From assembly GCA_043821365.1 (NCBI GenBank), contig JBDRCX010000001.1, positions 1 through 45,712 on the forward strand: DNA of 45,712 bases. The letters are read 5' to 3'. Below, one piece after another: positions 8,511 to 16,925 of this stretch. A program made the translations under genes and the position numbers. The notes below the pieces were generated by a model. The model saw nothing but the letters and a program-made list of their open reading frames with translations. It was not told the DNA's origin and ran no database searches. Each line of letters begins with the position of its first letter. Position 1 is the stretch's first letter. This DNA is from Candidatus Micrarchaeota archaeon (GTDB taxonomy: Archaea; Micrarchaeota; Micrarchaeia; Anstonellales; Bilamarchaeaceae).

Positions 8511-9452
8511 TCATTTAGGAGCCAGGGAAACAAAACTTACCTGCGGCTCCTTTGCCGAACCTGTTGGACGAACTGCAAGTCTTAATTTTACCAATCTTTT
8601 TGCAGGACCAGGAATAGAACCCTTAACTAAAACAAAATCATTCTTAACAAAACCATATTGTGGGAATCCACTTGATGGATTTATTTCTTCTGGCTTTTCT
8701 CCAATTTTCAAAATTCTTTTATTCAATTCAGTTCTTTTGTGATATCCTGTTTGACCTGCTTGCGGAACTGTATAAAGAACATAAGCAGGATGCCATTGAC
8801 CAAGAGTACCAACATGTCTTCTTTTTCCAGTTGCTTTTCGTCTTTGGCAAGAAACACCGAATCTTTTCACTGGGCCTTGCCATCCTTTTCCAATAGTAAC
8901 AGAAACAATATCAACCTGTTCTCCGTTCTTGAAAACATCAGATACTTTCAACTCTTTTCCAATAAGACCTTTGCAAAATTCTAATTTTTCTTTTCCGTCT
9001 TTTCCACCGCAACCCAATTCCATTTTTTCTATGTGCTTTTTACCAATTTTTGTTTTCGATGGCATTGCAAAAACTAGAAGCCTTACATCATCAACATTAT
9101 CTGTTTTCACTTCTTTTGGTTTTGATTTACTAAAACCAACAAGCTTGAGTAATTTTTCATCAGATGTTAATACATCTCCAACAGAATTTTTCCCAGTATA
9201 ACAACGAACTCCATAGACCACCATTGGTGGGACTTCTATAACAGTTGCTGCACTAGTAATCTCCTGTCCTTTTGTTGGTGATTCACTATCATCCACATAG
9301 GATACGTGAGTCATTCCAACCTTATAACCTGCAAAACCAAGCACTCTTTTATCGACTGAACTTTGCCAGTAGACACGTGCATTTTGGCTTTTTGCCCTTT
9401 TCCTTGGCCTGTGGGCCATCGAACCTCTTCTAGGTTTTTTTATATCAGTCAC
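8511..9452 (-). CDS. rpl3: 50S ribosomal protein uL3
   Basis: PRRGSMAHRPRKRA, GFAGYKVGMTH, GKGWQGPVKRFG, AGQTGYHKRTE. GTG start with AGGTG SD. Confidence 0.97.
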   Translation of the reverse strand: MTDIKKPRRGSMAHRPRKRAKSQNARVYWQSSVDKRVLGFAGYKVGMTHVSYVDDSESPTKGQEITSAATVIEVPPMVVYGVRCYTGKNSVGDVLTSDEKLLKLVGFSKSKPKEVKTDNVDDVRLLVFAMPSKTKIGKKHIEKMELGCGGKDGKEKLEFCKGLIGKELKVSDVFKNGEQVDIVSVTIGKGWQGPVKRFGVSCQRRKATGKRRHVGTLGQWHPAYVLYTVPQAGQTGYHKRTELNKRILKIGEKPEEINPSSGFPQYGFVKNDFVLVKGSIPGPAKRLVKLRLAVRPTGSAKEPQVSFVSLAPK

Positions 9453-9459
9453 AATAACA

Positions 9460-9612
9460 CCTACTTTTGCGTTGCCCGCTTCATTTCAGAATATTTCCAT
9501 AAGGAAAATTCCTACAGATTATCGGGATCCTACTAGCTTCTAGTAAGATTTTTCGCTACTACACATCGCCTAGCGATCAAAGATCACATGGCGATCAGTA
9601 ACAAACACGCCG
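9460..9612 (-). promoter_or_regulatory. Candidate structured 5' leader of the r-protein operon
   Basis: Hairpins at 9565-9595, 9527-9549 and 9489-9511; G-U pairs favour the minus (mRNA) strand; TTTATAAA at 9649-9656. Confidence 0.45.
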
Positions 9613-9748
9613 GAAATAATTGGATTAGCAAATGTATGAGAAGAAACCTTTATAAATAGAACCAAATGCTACTCTTAGAGTAAACCACAATGGTAATAAA
9701 TGTTTAAAAATGTTTATCAATAGAATATATTTATTGGGATGGGTAGAC

Positions 9749-11389
9749 ATGGTAAGGCAAGAACTAACAAAACTACAACGAAGATTTGCAGAAATGAATA
9801 TTCATGCTGCAAGAAGGAAAAAGCCAGCAGGAGTAGAACTACGAGTTTGTGATCCGCAAGGAGAACAAGAATCACGGCTTTTCAATCATCTTGCAAAAGT
9901 AGAACCATTACTATCAGAAAGAGCAGGAAAAAGACCATTATCTATGATAGTCTGTTTAACAGACAAATCAAGACAAACTGCACTTAACAAATTAGGAGGT
10001 ACCAGAGAGGCAGGTGACCAAACAGTTGATGCCTATTGGGATATGGTTACAGATGCAGCTGATCTTGTTGTTAGAGCAAATAGAAAAAAGAAAGTTGAGG
10101 CCCATGTCATAAGAGTTTCTCCATCATCTGATGAAGGAATAATGCTTTTGTTTGGAGAAGATCTAGATCATGTAAATGCATACCAAGTTTCACATGCATT
10201 GGAAATCGCAAGAGAGAGATTGAGATTAAGAGAATACACCTATGACATACGAGTTGGGTATGGGAGCGCACAGGAGGAATATCAATTAGATCTGGAGGCA
10301 TTTTCAAGAATATTAAGGCACCACAGTCTAGTTGTTGCATGCGATAGGCTGATATCAAGACCAAGAATAATTATACCACATTCACAAGGATTTATACGGG
10401 AAGAAATAAGAAAATTAGAAGATTCGGAATTGTCATTTTACCACCTTTTGCCAGAAAGTTTCAAAGTACACGGAAATGGACTTGCAGAAGTAGATACTCC
10501 TTTTGATACTAATCTTGAGAGACTTGATATTAGAAATGCAGTCAGGGGAGCATTTGTAGAGATAAAATTTGGAGTTAGAACTTCTGACACCAGAGAGTTG
10601 CTCCAATGCATAGATGACAGAACAAAGGATAAGATAAGAGGGACCAGAAAAGGATATGCGGAAGTGTATTCTGGTCAATTTGGAATGCGCGGGTTCAATA
10701 CTTTCATAGGTAAGGCCCAGGCAAATAGAATACTCACCGCAGTTGCTAAAGCAGTTCATGATGTTGCAGCTGAAATTGGATGTAAAGCATTACCAGTAAA
10801 CGGATGTTACTTAAGGTATTGGATTGATTTTGAACCAACTGAAGAAAATGCAAGATTATTAGAAAGAATGATTGCAACAAGATTGGAAGAACAACTACGA
10901 AGCAGTGCAAGTTTCAAACCAAATGTATCAATTATGGGAACACATAAAGTTTGGATAAATGAATTACGAGCTCGTTTTATTTTACAAACACTTGGACATG
11001 ATGGGAAACCATTTACTGTTCTAGATAGAGTTGATTTTCTGATTAATTTCATTGAGAATGTGAATCCTCTGGTACAAAAACAGATATTTGATGAGCTGGG
11101 AAATAATGGAACTGGTAAACCACACTTAAATCCAGATGATAGAAGATATCTGAAATATATTAGAACCGTTTGTAGTAGAAGAAGAACAATAAGAGATACT
11201 GAAGATTTTGTATGGACAATAAGACAAGACCAAGCCCTACCAAGGGAAATAAAAGTTCGTAGAGAATTAATAGAAGACTGGTTATTCAGATTTGCAGAGA
11301 CTTATTCTGAAAGAATGTTTAGAGACCTTACAAGAACCATAGATAGAATGAAAAAAAATAGAGATGGAAAAGGAAGTGGAATTATTTAG
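9749..11389 (+). CDS. Hypothetical protein with two degenerate GGDEF/palm-like domains
   Basis: Domain 1: IVCLTD..TALNKLGGTREAGDQTV...VIRVSPSSDEGIMLL. Domain 2: RGFNTFIGKAQANRILTAVAKAV...PNVSIMG. Manual motif match only; start taken as MVRQEL (9749). Confidence 0.5.
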   Translation: MVRQELTKLQRRFAEMNIHAARRKKPAGVELRVCDPQGEQESRLFNHLAKVEPLLSERAGKRPLSMIVCLTDKSRQTALNKLGGTREAGDQTVDAYWDMVTDAADLVVRANRKKKVEAHVIRVSPSSDEGIMLLFGEDLDHVNAYQVSHALEIARERLRLREYTYDIRVGYGSAQEEYQLDLEAFSRILRHHSLVVACDRLISRPRIIIPHSQGFIREEIRKLEDSELSFYHLLPESFKVHGNGLAEVDTPFDTNLERLDIRNAVRGAFVEIKFGVRTSDTRELLQCIDDRTKDKIRGTRKGYAEVYSGQFGMRGFNTFIGKAQANRILTAVAKAVHDVAAEIGCKALPVNGCYLRYWIDFEPTEENARLLERMIATRLEEQLRSSASFKPNVSIMGTHKVWINELRARFILQTLGHDGKPFTVLDRVDFLINFIENVNPLVQKQIFDELGNNGTGKPHLNPDDRRYLKYIRTVCSRRRTIRDTEDFVWTIRQDQALPREIKVRRELIEDWLFRFAETYSERMFRDLTRTIDRMKKNRDGKGSGII

Positions 11390-11413
11390 ACGATCTGAGG
11401 ATTATTTCCAAAC

Positions 11414-12010
11414 CTATTGCTTTGAAAAATGCATCATTCTTTTATCAACTGTTTCCCAATCTATTGCTTTGAAAAATGCATTTATGTAATCTGCTTTCTT
11501 CAAACCATAATCAACCATGAATGCATGTTCAAAAACATCCATAACTAAAAGAGGCAGTGCACCTACAAGATTGCCAATGTCATGCTCATTTATCCAAACA
11601 TTGACAAGTTTATTTGCACATGGATCATAATACAATATAACCCATCCAATTCCCCTCATTGCACCAGTTGCTTTGAAATCTTTTTCCCAATTTTCAAAAG
11701 AACCAAAATCTTTTTTTATTTGTTCTGAGATTTCTGAACCATCAGCCAAAGGTTTTCCAATTTTAGTGATATTACCAAAATAATATTCATGCAGAACCAT
11801 GCCATTATATTCCCAACCAAATCTTCGTTTGAGTTCTGCATATTCTGGTGTGTTTGTTTTTCCCTCTTTTAACATTCCACCTAAAAGATCTGAAACTTTG
11901 TTTGAATTTGCCACATACCCTTGATAGAGTGTAACATGGTTTTTCAAAAGCTGATCACTAAACCCTTCGGTACCAATAAGGTGTTCGAAATTTTTTACTT
12001 CATAAGACAT
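11414..12010 (-). CDS. sod: Fe/Mn superoxide dismutase
   Basis: NHVTLYQGYV, LHEYYF, DVFEHAFMVDYG metal ligands. Start MSYEV at 12010. Confidence 0.93.
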   Translation of the reverse strand: MSYEVKNFEHLIGTEGFSDQLLKNHVTLYQGYVANSNKVSDLLGGMLKEGKTNTPEYAELKRRFGWEYNGMVLHEYYFGNITKIGKPLADGSEISEQIKKDFGSFENWEKDFKATGAMRGIGWVILYYDPCANKLVNVWINEHDIGNLVGALPLLVMDVFEHAFMVDYGLKKADYINAFFKAIDWETVDKRMMHFSKQ

Positions 12011-12011
12011 T

Positions 12012-12566
12012 TTATCCCTCTTCATAGTTTTCATACACTAGATCATTAAAAGAGTATGCAGGAGGATCATCAATAAATATTTTTTGTGTGTCCTCGCCAA
12101 CCAAAAATGAACCATTCTCGGAAGCAAATAGATAATCAGTGTTGTTCCATGAAAACTTGGTGTAGGATTTGCCTTTTTTTGTTATGTACACTCTTGCGTT
12201 ATCACATTCAAAAGAACGCAAGATTGCTGCAAAGAGAATTGCCTTATCCATTGCAGTTCCTATCTTAATTTCTGCCATTTCTTCAAACGCAACCCAGAAT
12301 GTAAATGAAAACTCGCATGTCTTTATCTCCCTAACATATTCCATTGCTCTTTGGGATGCCATAATAAAATGTTTTTGTGGAATGTAGGGGAGCATATCTG
12401 AAAGTAATTTATCTCTGATGTTTTTTACAAAATCGTTATATGGGGAAACTTTCTGTCTTATCTCAGAAATAGAATGAGATTCTTTTTCACTTATGATCGA
12501 TTTGTACCTACTTATGACAAGTTTGTAAATCTCAAGTTTAGTCCGCACGTCAAGTTCGTCGGCCAT
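12012..12566 (-). CDS. Hypothetical protein, degenerate transglutaminase-like fold
   Basis: IGTAMDKAILFAAILRSF...RVYI resembles GDCxDxAILxASLLRA..G..ARVV but lacks the Cys and His. Confidence 0.45.
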   Translation of the reverse strand: MADELDVRTKLEIYKLVISRYKSIISEKESHSISEIRQKVSPYNDFVKNIRDKLLSDMLPYIPQKHFIMASQRAMEYVREIKTCEFSFTFWVAFEEMAEIKIGTAMDKAILFAAILRSFECDNARVYITKKGKSYTKFSWNNTDYLFASENGSFLVGEDTQKIFIDDPPAYSFNDLVYENYEEG

Positions 12567-12620
12567 GGTAAAATGAAAAACCAGCGAAGGTATTTAACGT
12601 TTCGCAATTTTAATCTAGTG

Positions 12621-13463
12621 ATGGATTCGAACATATTTATTGGACTAGTTGCAGTGTTAGCTATAGTATACGCAGTATTTGCAAAAATGATTCAGAACAA
12701 ATTTGTTGACAAAAAACAAATGGAAGATTATCAGGCAACCATGCGCGAGCTTGGTAAGGAATATGAAAAAGCAAAAAAGTCAGGCGATAGTAAAAAAACA
12801 CAAGAAGCATTGGACAAGCAGATGGCATTCATGCCTGAAATGAACAAGATAATGTTTGCACAATTCAAACCAATGATTTTTATAATTGCAATTTTTGCAA
12901 TCTTTAGCTGGGTTATTGGTGCCATTGATAGTAATGCAACGGATGATTTCATATTAAATCTCACTGACGATGGACAGAACTGCGATAAACTAGCAAATGA
13001 TGGAATTTATTCCTCATGTTACAAATTGAATAATGAAAATTTTGGCAAATGGACAGTAACTGGAATTTTATATGAAGGAGGAAATGAATTGGGAAGAAGC
13101 CAATCTTATTTCCAGTATGGTCAAACAGATAACGATAGTTATGTTGAGGATCCTAGAGGAGAGACAATAACAATAGAAACAGACAAGGATGCTTACCAAA
13201 CTGGTGAACAAGCAAGTGTTTATGCAACTCCAGCCAATATGACAAAACCAGGATTATTCGGTGGACCAAGAAAAATAAATATTGAAAAAGTACAAGCAAT
13301 TTTATCAAACGGAACCTACTTCCGTGTGGATCTTCCGATAACAATTCCAATATTGAACTGGAGTGCGTTTTACCAACCAATAGTATGGTTTATTTTCGTA
13401 TCATTCATATTAAACATTACAATAGGATTTGTTTTTAACAAGAAGAAGGTAGAGAAAAAGTAG
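12621..13463 (+). CDS. DUF106 / EMC3-TMCO1 (Oxa1 superfamily) membrane insertase with extracellular insertion
   Basis: N-terminal TM, coiled coil (QATMRELGKEYEKAKKSGD...QMAFMPEMNKIMFAQFKPM), TM2, C-terminal WFIFVSF TM; upstream of cmk. Start MDSNIF at 12621. Confidence 0.8.
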   Translation: MDSNIFIGLVAVLAIVYAVFAKMIQNKFVDKKQMEDYQATMRELGKEYEKAKKSGDSKKTQEALDKQMAFMPEMNKIMFAQFKPMIFIIAIFAIFSWVIGAIDSNATDDFILNLTDDGQNCDKLANDGIYSSCYKLNNENFGKWTVTGILYEGGNELGRSQSYFQYGQTDNDSYVEDPRGETITIETDKDAYQTGEQASVYATPANMTKPGLFGGPRKINIEKVQAILSNGTYFRVDLPITIPILNWSAFYQPIVWFIFVSFILNITIGFVFNKKKVEKK

Positions 13464-13489
13464 ACAACGTCACGAAGAGAAGAATTCAA

Positions 13490-14008
13490 ATGATAATTGC
13501 CGTATCTGGACTCACCGGGAGTGGAAAGAATACTATTGGTGAGTTGTTGGCAAAAAAACTAGAATGCCCAGTAATATGTCCAACTTTCAAAGACTTGGCA
13601 GCAAAACAAGGAATTTCTTTAATGGAATTTCAAAAAAAAGCTGAGCAGGACCATAATATTGACAAAAAATTTGATGATGTTCTTAGAGAACAAGTTACAA
13701 AGACAAATAGGAACTGCGTGGTAACAACTTGGTTGGGTCCTTGGATTCTTGATGCGGATATCAGGATTAAGATTACTGCATCATTAGAAATCAGAGCTGA
13801 AAGAGTTGCAAAAAGAGATGGGATGAGTTTGGTAGACGCCAGAAAACATGTTGAAGAAAGAGATGAAGAAAACCACAAACGATACATGCAGGTTTATGGA
13901 ATCAATATTTATGATGAGAGTAAATTCGACCTAGTTTTAGATAATAGCGATAAAAAACCAGAACAAACTGTTGAAAAGGCCTTGGCTACAATAAAAGCAA
14001 AGAGATAG
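13490..14008 (+). CDS. cmk: Cytidylate kinase (archaeal type)
   Basis: IAVSGLTGSGKNT P-loop, IDKKFD, ASLEIRAERVAKRD, RY...YGINI.D...FDLVLD. Confidence 0.93.
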   Translation: MIIAVSGLTGSGKNTIGELLAKKLECPVICPTFKDLAAKQGISLMEFQKKAEQDHNIDKKFDDVLREQVTKTNRNCVVTTWLGPWILDADIRIKITASLEIRAERVAKRDGMSLVDARKHVEERDEENHKRYMQVYGINIYDESKFDLVLDNSDKKPEQTVEKALATIKAKR

Positions 14009-14010
14009 TT

Positions 14011-14856
14011 ATGTTTGACAACTGTATAATTCTAATCAATAAACCACGTAAACAAACTAGTCATGAGATAACTACTTTTGTAAAAAAAATAACTGGAGCA
14101 GATAAATCAGGTCATGCAGGAACACTCGACCCTAATGTCTCGGGCGTATTACCAGTTGCACTTGGCCGTGCAACAAAACTGCTTAGATATATAGCTGGAA
14201 AGGATAAGACATATGTTGGGATAATAAAATTCAAGAAAATTCTAAGTAAGGAAAAAATTTTAGAGCTATTTGAAAGATTTACAGGAGAACTTACACAAAC
14301 TCCGCCGAAGATTAGTGCAGTGAAAAAAGTTCCACGCAAGCGAACAGTTCATTACCTAAAACTAATTGAGAACAACGGACACCTTGCATTATTTGAAACA
14401 AGAGTAGACGCAGGAACATATATCAGAACTCTTTGTGAGGACATTGGCAAGGAATGTGGCGGAGCAAGAATGGAAGAACTTAGACGCATCGCAGTTGGAA
14501 AAATAGATGAACGAGAAACACACACCATGCAAGAACTGATTGATGCTGTTTGGTTGTGGAAAAATAAAAATGATAACAAAGAAATAGAAAAAATGCTCCA
14601 TTTACCTGAAAAATTCATTGATCTACCGAAAGTTTATTTAAAAGAAAGTGCATTAAAATCAGTATTGAACGGTGCACAGATAATGATTCCTGCGATTGAA
14701 AAAATAGGAGATGTTAAAAAAGGTGATCTGGTTTCAATATATAGTAATAAAACTTTTATCGGTGTTGGAACAATGCAAATTGCAGGAAAAGAATTCAATG
14801 TAAGAACAAAAGGAAATGCAATAAAATTGGAGAGAGTGCATGCCGAGAGGATATAA
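14011..14856 (+). CDS. cbf5: Pseudouridine synthase Cbf5/TruB with PUA domain
   Basis: INKP..TSHE, GHAGTLDP (catalytic Asp), QTPP..SAVK, AGTYIRTLC, ELRR, PUA LNGAQIMIPAI. Confidence 0.95.
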   Translation: MFDNCIILINKPRKQTSHEITTFVKKITGADKSGHAGTLDPNVSGVLPVALGRATKLLRYIAGKDKTYVGIIKFKKILSKEKILELFERFTGELTQTPPKISAVKKVPRKRTVHYLKLIENNGHLALFETRVDAGTYIRTLCEDIGKECGGARMEELRRIAVGKIDERETHTMQELIDAVWLWKNKNDNKEIEKMLHLPEKFIDLPKVYLKESALKSVLNGAQIMIPAIEKIGDVKKGDLVSIYSNKTFIGVGTMQIAGKEFNVRTKGNAIKLERVHAERI

Positions 14857-14857
14857 A

Positions 14858-15124
14858 ATGACAGATACAGCAATAAGAGACAGATTAGCTAAAGAAAGAA
14901 CAGAATTAGCACAAGAAAGAACATATTTATCTTACATAAGAACAGGCATGACCGTATTGCTCGGTGGAATATTTTTCATAGGATATTTTAACGAAGACAG
15001 TTGGTTTTACGCAATTGGATGGGCTACTATAATGCTGTCAGTTCTCTTTTTGACATATGGTTTCTACAAACACGAACAATCAAAACAATTCATCATTAAG
15101 ATTTTTGGATTACAAAAAGATTAG
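14858..15124 (+). CDS. DUF202/YidH family small membrane protein
   Basis: RDRLAKERTELAQERTYLSYIRTG followed by two TM segments. Confidence 0.85.
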   Translation: MTDTAIRDRLAKERTELAQERTYLSYIRTGMTVLLGGIFFIGYFNEDSWFYAIGWATIMLSVLFLTYGFYKHEQSKQFIIKIFGLQKD

Positions 15125-16272
15125 ATATCAACAATTTCAATTTGTTCGAGTGTTTTTTCAACTATTTTTTCCATATTGATTTCTTCCTCAATTTTCTTCG
15201 CAGCTGGAAGCCAAACTTTTGTTGATGGGTTTTTTTGAGCAACAAGTGAACAGCAATCTTTGTATGGTTTGATAGATATATCAAAAGAACCAACTTTCAT
15301 TGCAAGATCAACAATTTCTTGTTTATTAAAAGATATTAAAGGACGAAAAACAGGAATTTTAGCGGCCTCATCAGTAGCAAAAATATTATCCATAGTCTGA
15401 GAGGCAACTTGCCCAAGACTATCACCAGTAACGACTCCCTTATATTTATGTTTTTTTGCAAGAGTATTTGCAAGATGTAAAAGAAATCTACGGAAAATAA
15501 CAAGTTCAAGTTTTGAATCTATTTTAAGAGTTGACTTATAAAATTCTGTGTATGGTGCAAGAAAGAGCCTTTGTTTTATTGGTGAAAATTCGTTGATTTT
15601 CTTTGTTAGAGTAAATAATTTTGAATTTATTGCATCTTTGTTAGTCGGATAGTTGTGAATGTGTAGAAAATCAACAAAACAGCCCCGTTTCATCATCAAC
15701 AGAGATGAAACAGGTGAGTCTATGCCACCAGATAATAAGGACAAGACTTTTCCACTTGAACCCACAGGAATGCCACCAAAACCTTTTATTTTTTCAAAAC
15801 AAACTAATGCCTGTCCCGGTAGAATATCTATGAAGATTGTTTTTTCTGGATTTTTTAGATCAACAGAACAACCATTCTCACAGAGTGCCTTACCAATAAC
15901 TGCATTGAGTTCCTGTGACATTAATGGAAAACTTTTGTCAGCCCTCTTAGTTTCAACTTTTATCTTGTGTCCGATCAAATCAGCTGAATTGGACAGAATA
16001 AATTCACGGATTTTATCAACTTCAGGTTCAATGGAATGGGGAAACGAAACAGAATCAACCCCAAATACCTTTAGAATTTCTTTTTGAATTTGTTTCTGAT
16101 CAAAATTTTTACACGATAATAAACCTCGACTTGCTTTTTTTTCAACTTTAAAATCTCCAAACCTTGCCAATGCATTGCGCACATTATGTATTGTTAGATT
16201 TTCTATTGATCTACGATTTCCACCTTTTAATATTGCTTCAGAAAAAGTTATGCTAATAAATTTACTGATCAA
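15121..16272 (-). CDS. thiI: tRNA 4-thiouridine synthase ThiI (THUMP + PP-loop)
   Basis: THUMP (KVETKRADK, VDLKNPE), LLSGGIDSPV, TGDSLGQVASQT, RPLI..NK.EI, DCC. TTG start. Confidence 0.95.
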   Translation of the reverse strand: MISKFISITFSEAILKGGNRRSIENLTIHNVRNALARFGDFKVEKKASRGLLSCKNFDQKQIQKEILKVFGVDSVSFPHSIEPEVDKIREFILSNSADLIGHKIKVETKRADKSFPLMSQELNAVIGKALCENGCSVDLKNPEKTIFIDILPGQALVCFEKIKGFGGIPVGSSGKVLSLLSGGIDSPVSSLLMMKRGCFVDFLHIHNYPTNKDAINSKLFTLTKKINEFSPIKQRLFLAPYTEFYKSTLKIDSKLELVIFRRFLLHLANTLAKKHKYKGVVTGDSLGQVASQTMDNIFATDEAAKIPVFRPLISFNKQEIVDLAMKVGSFDISIKPYKDCCSLVAQKNPSTKVWLPAAKKIEEEINMEKIVEKTLEQIEIVDI

Positions 16273-16284
16273 AAAAGCACCATA

Positions 16285-16884
16285 TTAGCTACACACAATA
16301 GTTTCTACTGGCTCGGTTACAGTAACTGGATTGCAAATGCTATCATATGTGGTTATGTCCACACATTCTTCAATCAATGGTTCTTCCACAACAGACAACG
16401 TACATTCTGGTGTAGAGAATTGTGTGCTTAATGAATATGATTGATAGAAATCAAAAGTAGTATTTTCACCTGCTTTCAGAGTTTTGGAAACTGGATTTTT
16501 TATGAATGCACCTGATGGGAATGTGAATTCTGCCCCCATTTCAATAACCCCACTTTGAGTAGCTTCATTGTTTTTAACAGTCATTATACAGCGAGTCATT
16601 GCAGCACCACAATCCATACAATCATATAAGGGAAGACCAGCGCAATTACCAGCAGTGCATAGATTTGATTTGGTGATGCTTAGAATTGAATAATTCATTG
16701 GTCTTTCACTACAAATATTTGATGTAGTTGATATGTTTTGGCAATCAACACGAGTAAATGTGTGTTGTTTTATTACAGTTTTGCAGACAGGTTGTGGTTG
16801 AATTTCCAATGGTTGTTCATCTGATGGAATAATGCAACCAAAAAATAAGAATATAACAAGAATACCAAAAACAAATTTCTTCAT
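16285..16884 (-). CDS. Cys-rich secreted lipoprotein-like hypothetical protein
   Basis: MKKFVFGILVIFLFFGC lipobox-like signal; many Cys; beta-rich core. Confidence 0.7.
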   Translation of the reverse strand: MKKFVFGILVIFLFFGCIIPSDEQPLEIQPQPVCKTVIKQHTFTRVDCQNISTTSNICSERPMNYSILSITKSNLCTAGNCAGLPLYDCMDCGAAMTRCIMTVKNNEATQSGVIEMGAEFTFPSGAFIKNPVSKTLKAGENTTFDFYQSYSLSTQFSTPECTLSVVEEPLIEECVDITTYDSICNPVTVTEPVETIVCS

Positions 16885-16925
16885 GTAATATTACATTTGT
16901 TCAATGGATTTATATCTTTTTGGAA

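Noticed and set aside
12474-12620. Upstream extension of the DUF106 ORF
   Set aside because: Overlaps the opposite-strand gene and a promoter-like gap; the first TM starts at M50.
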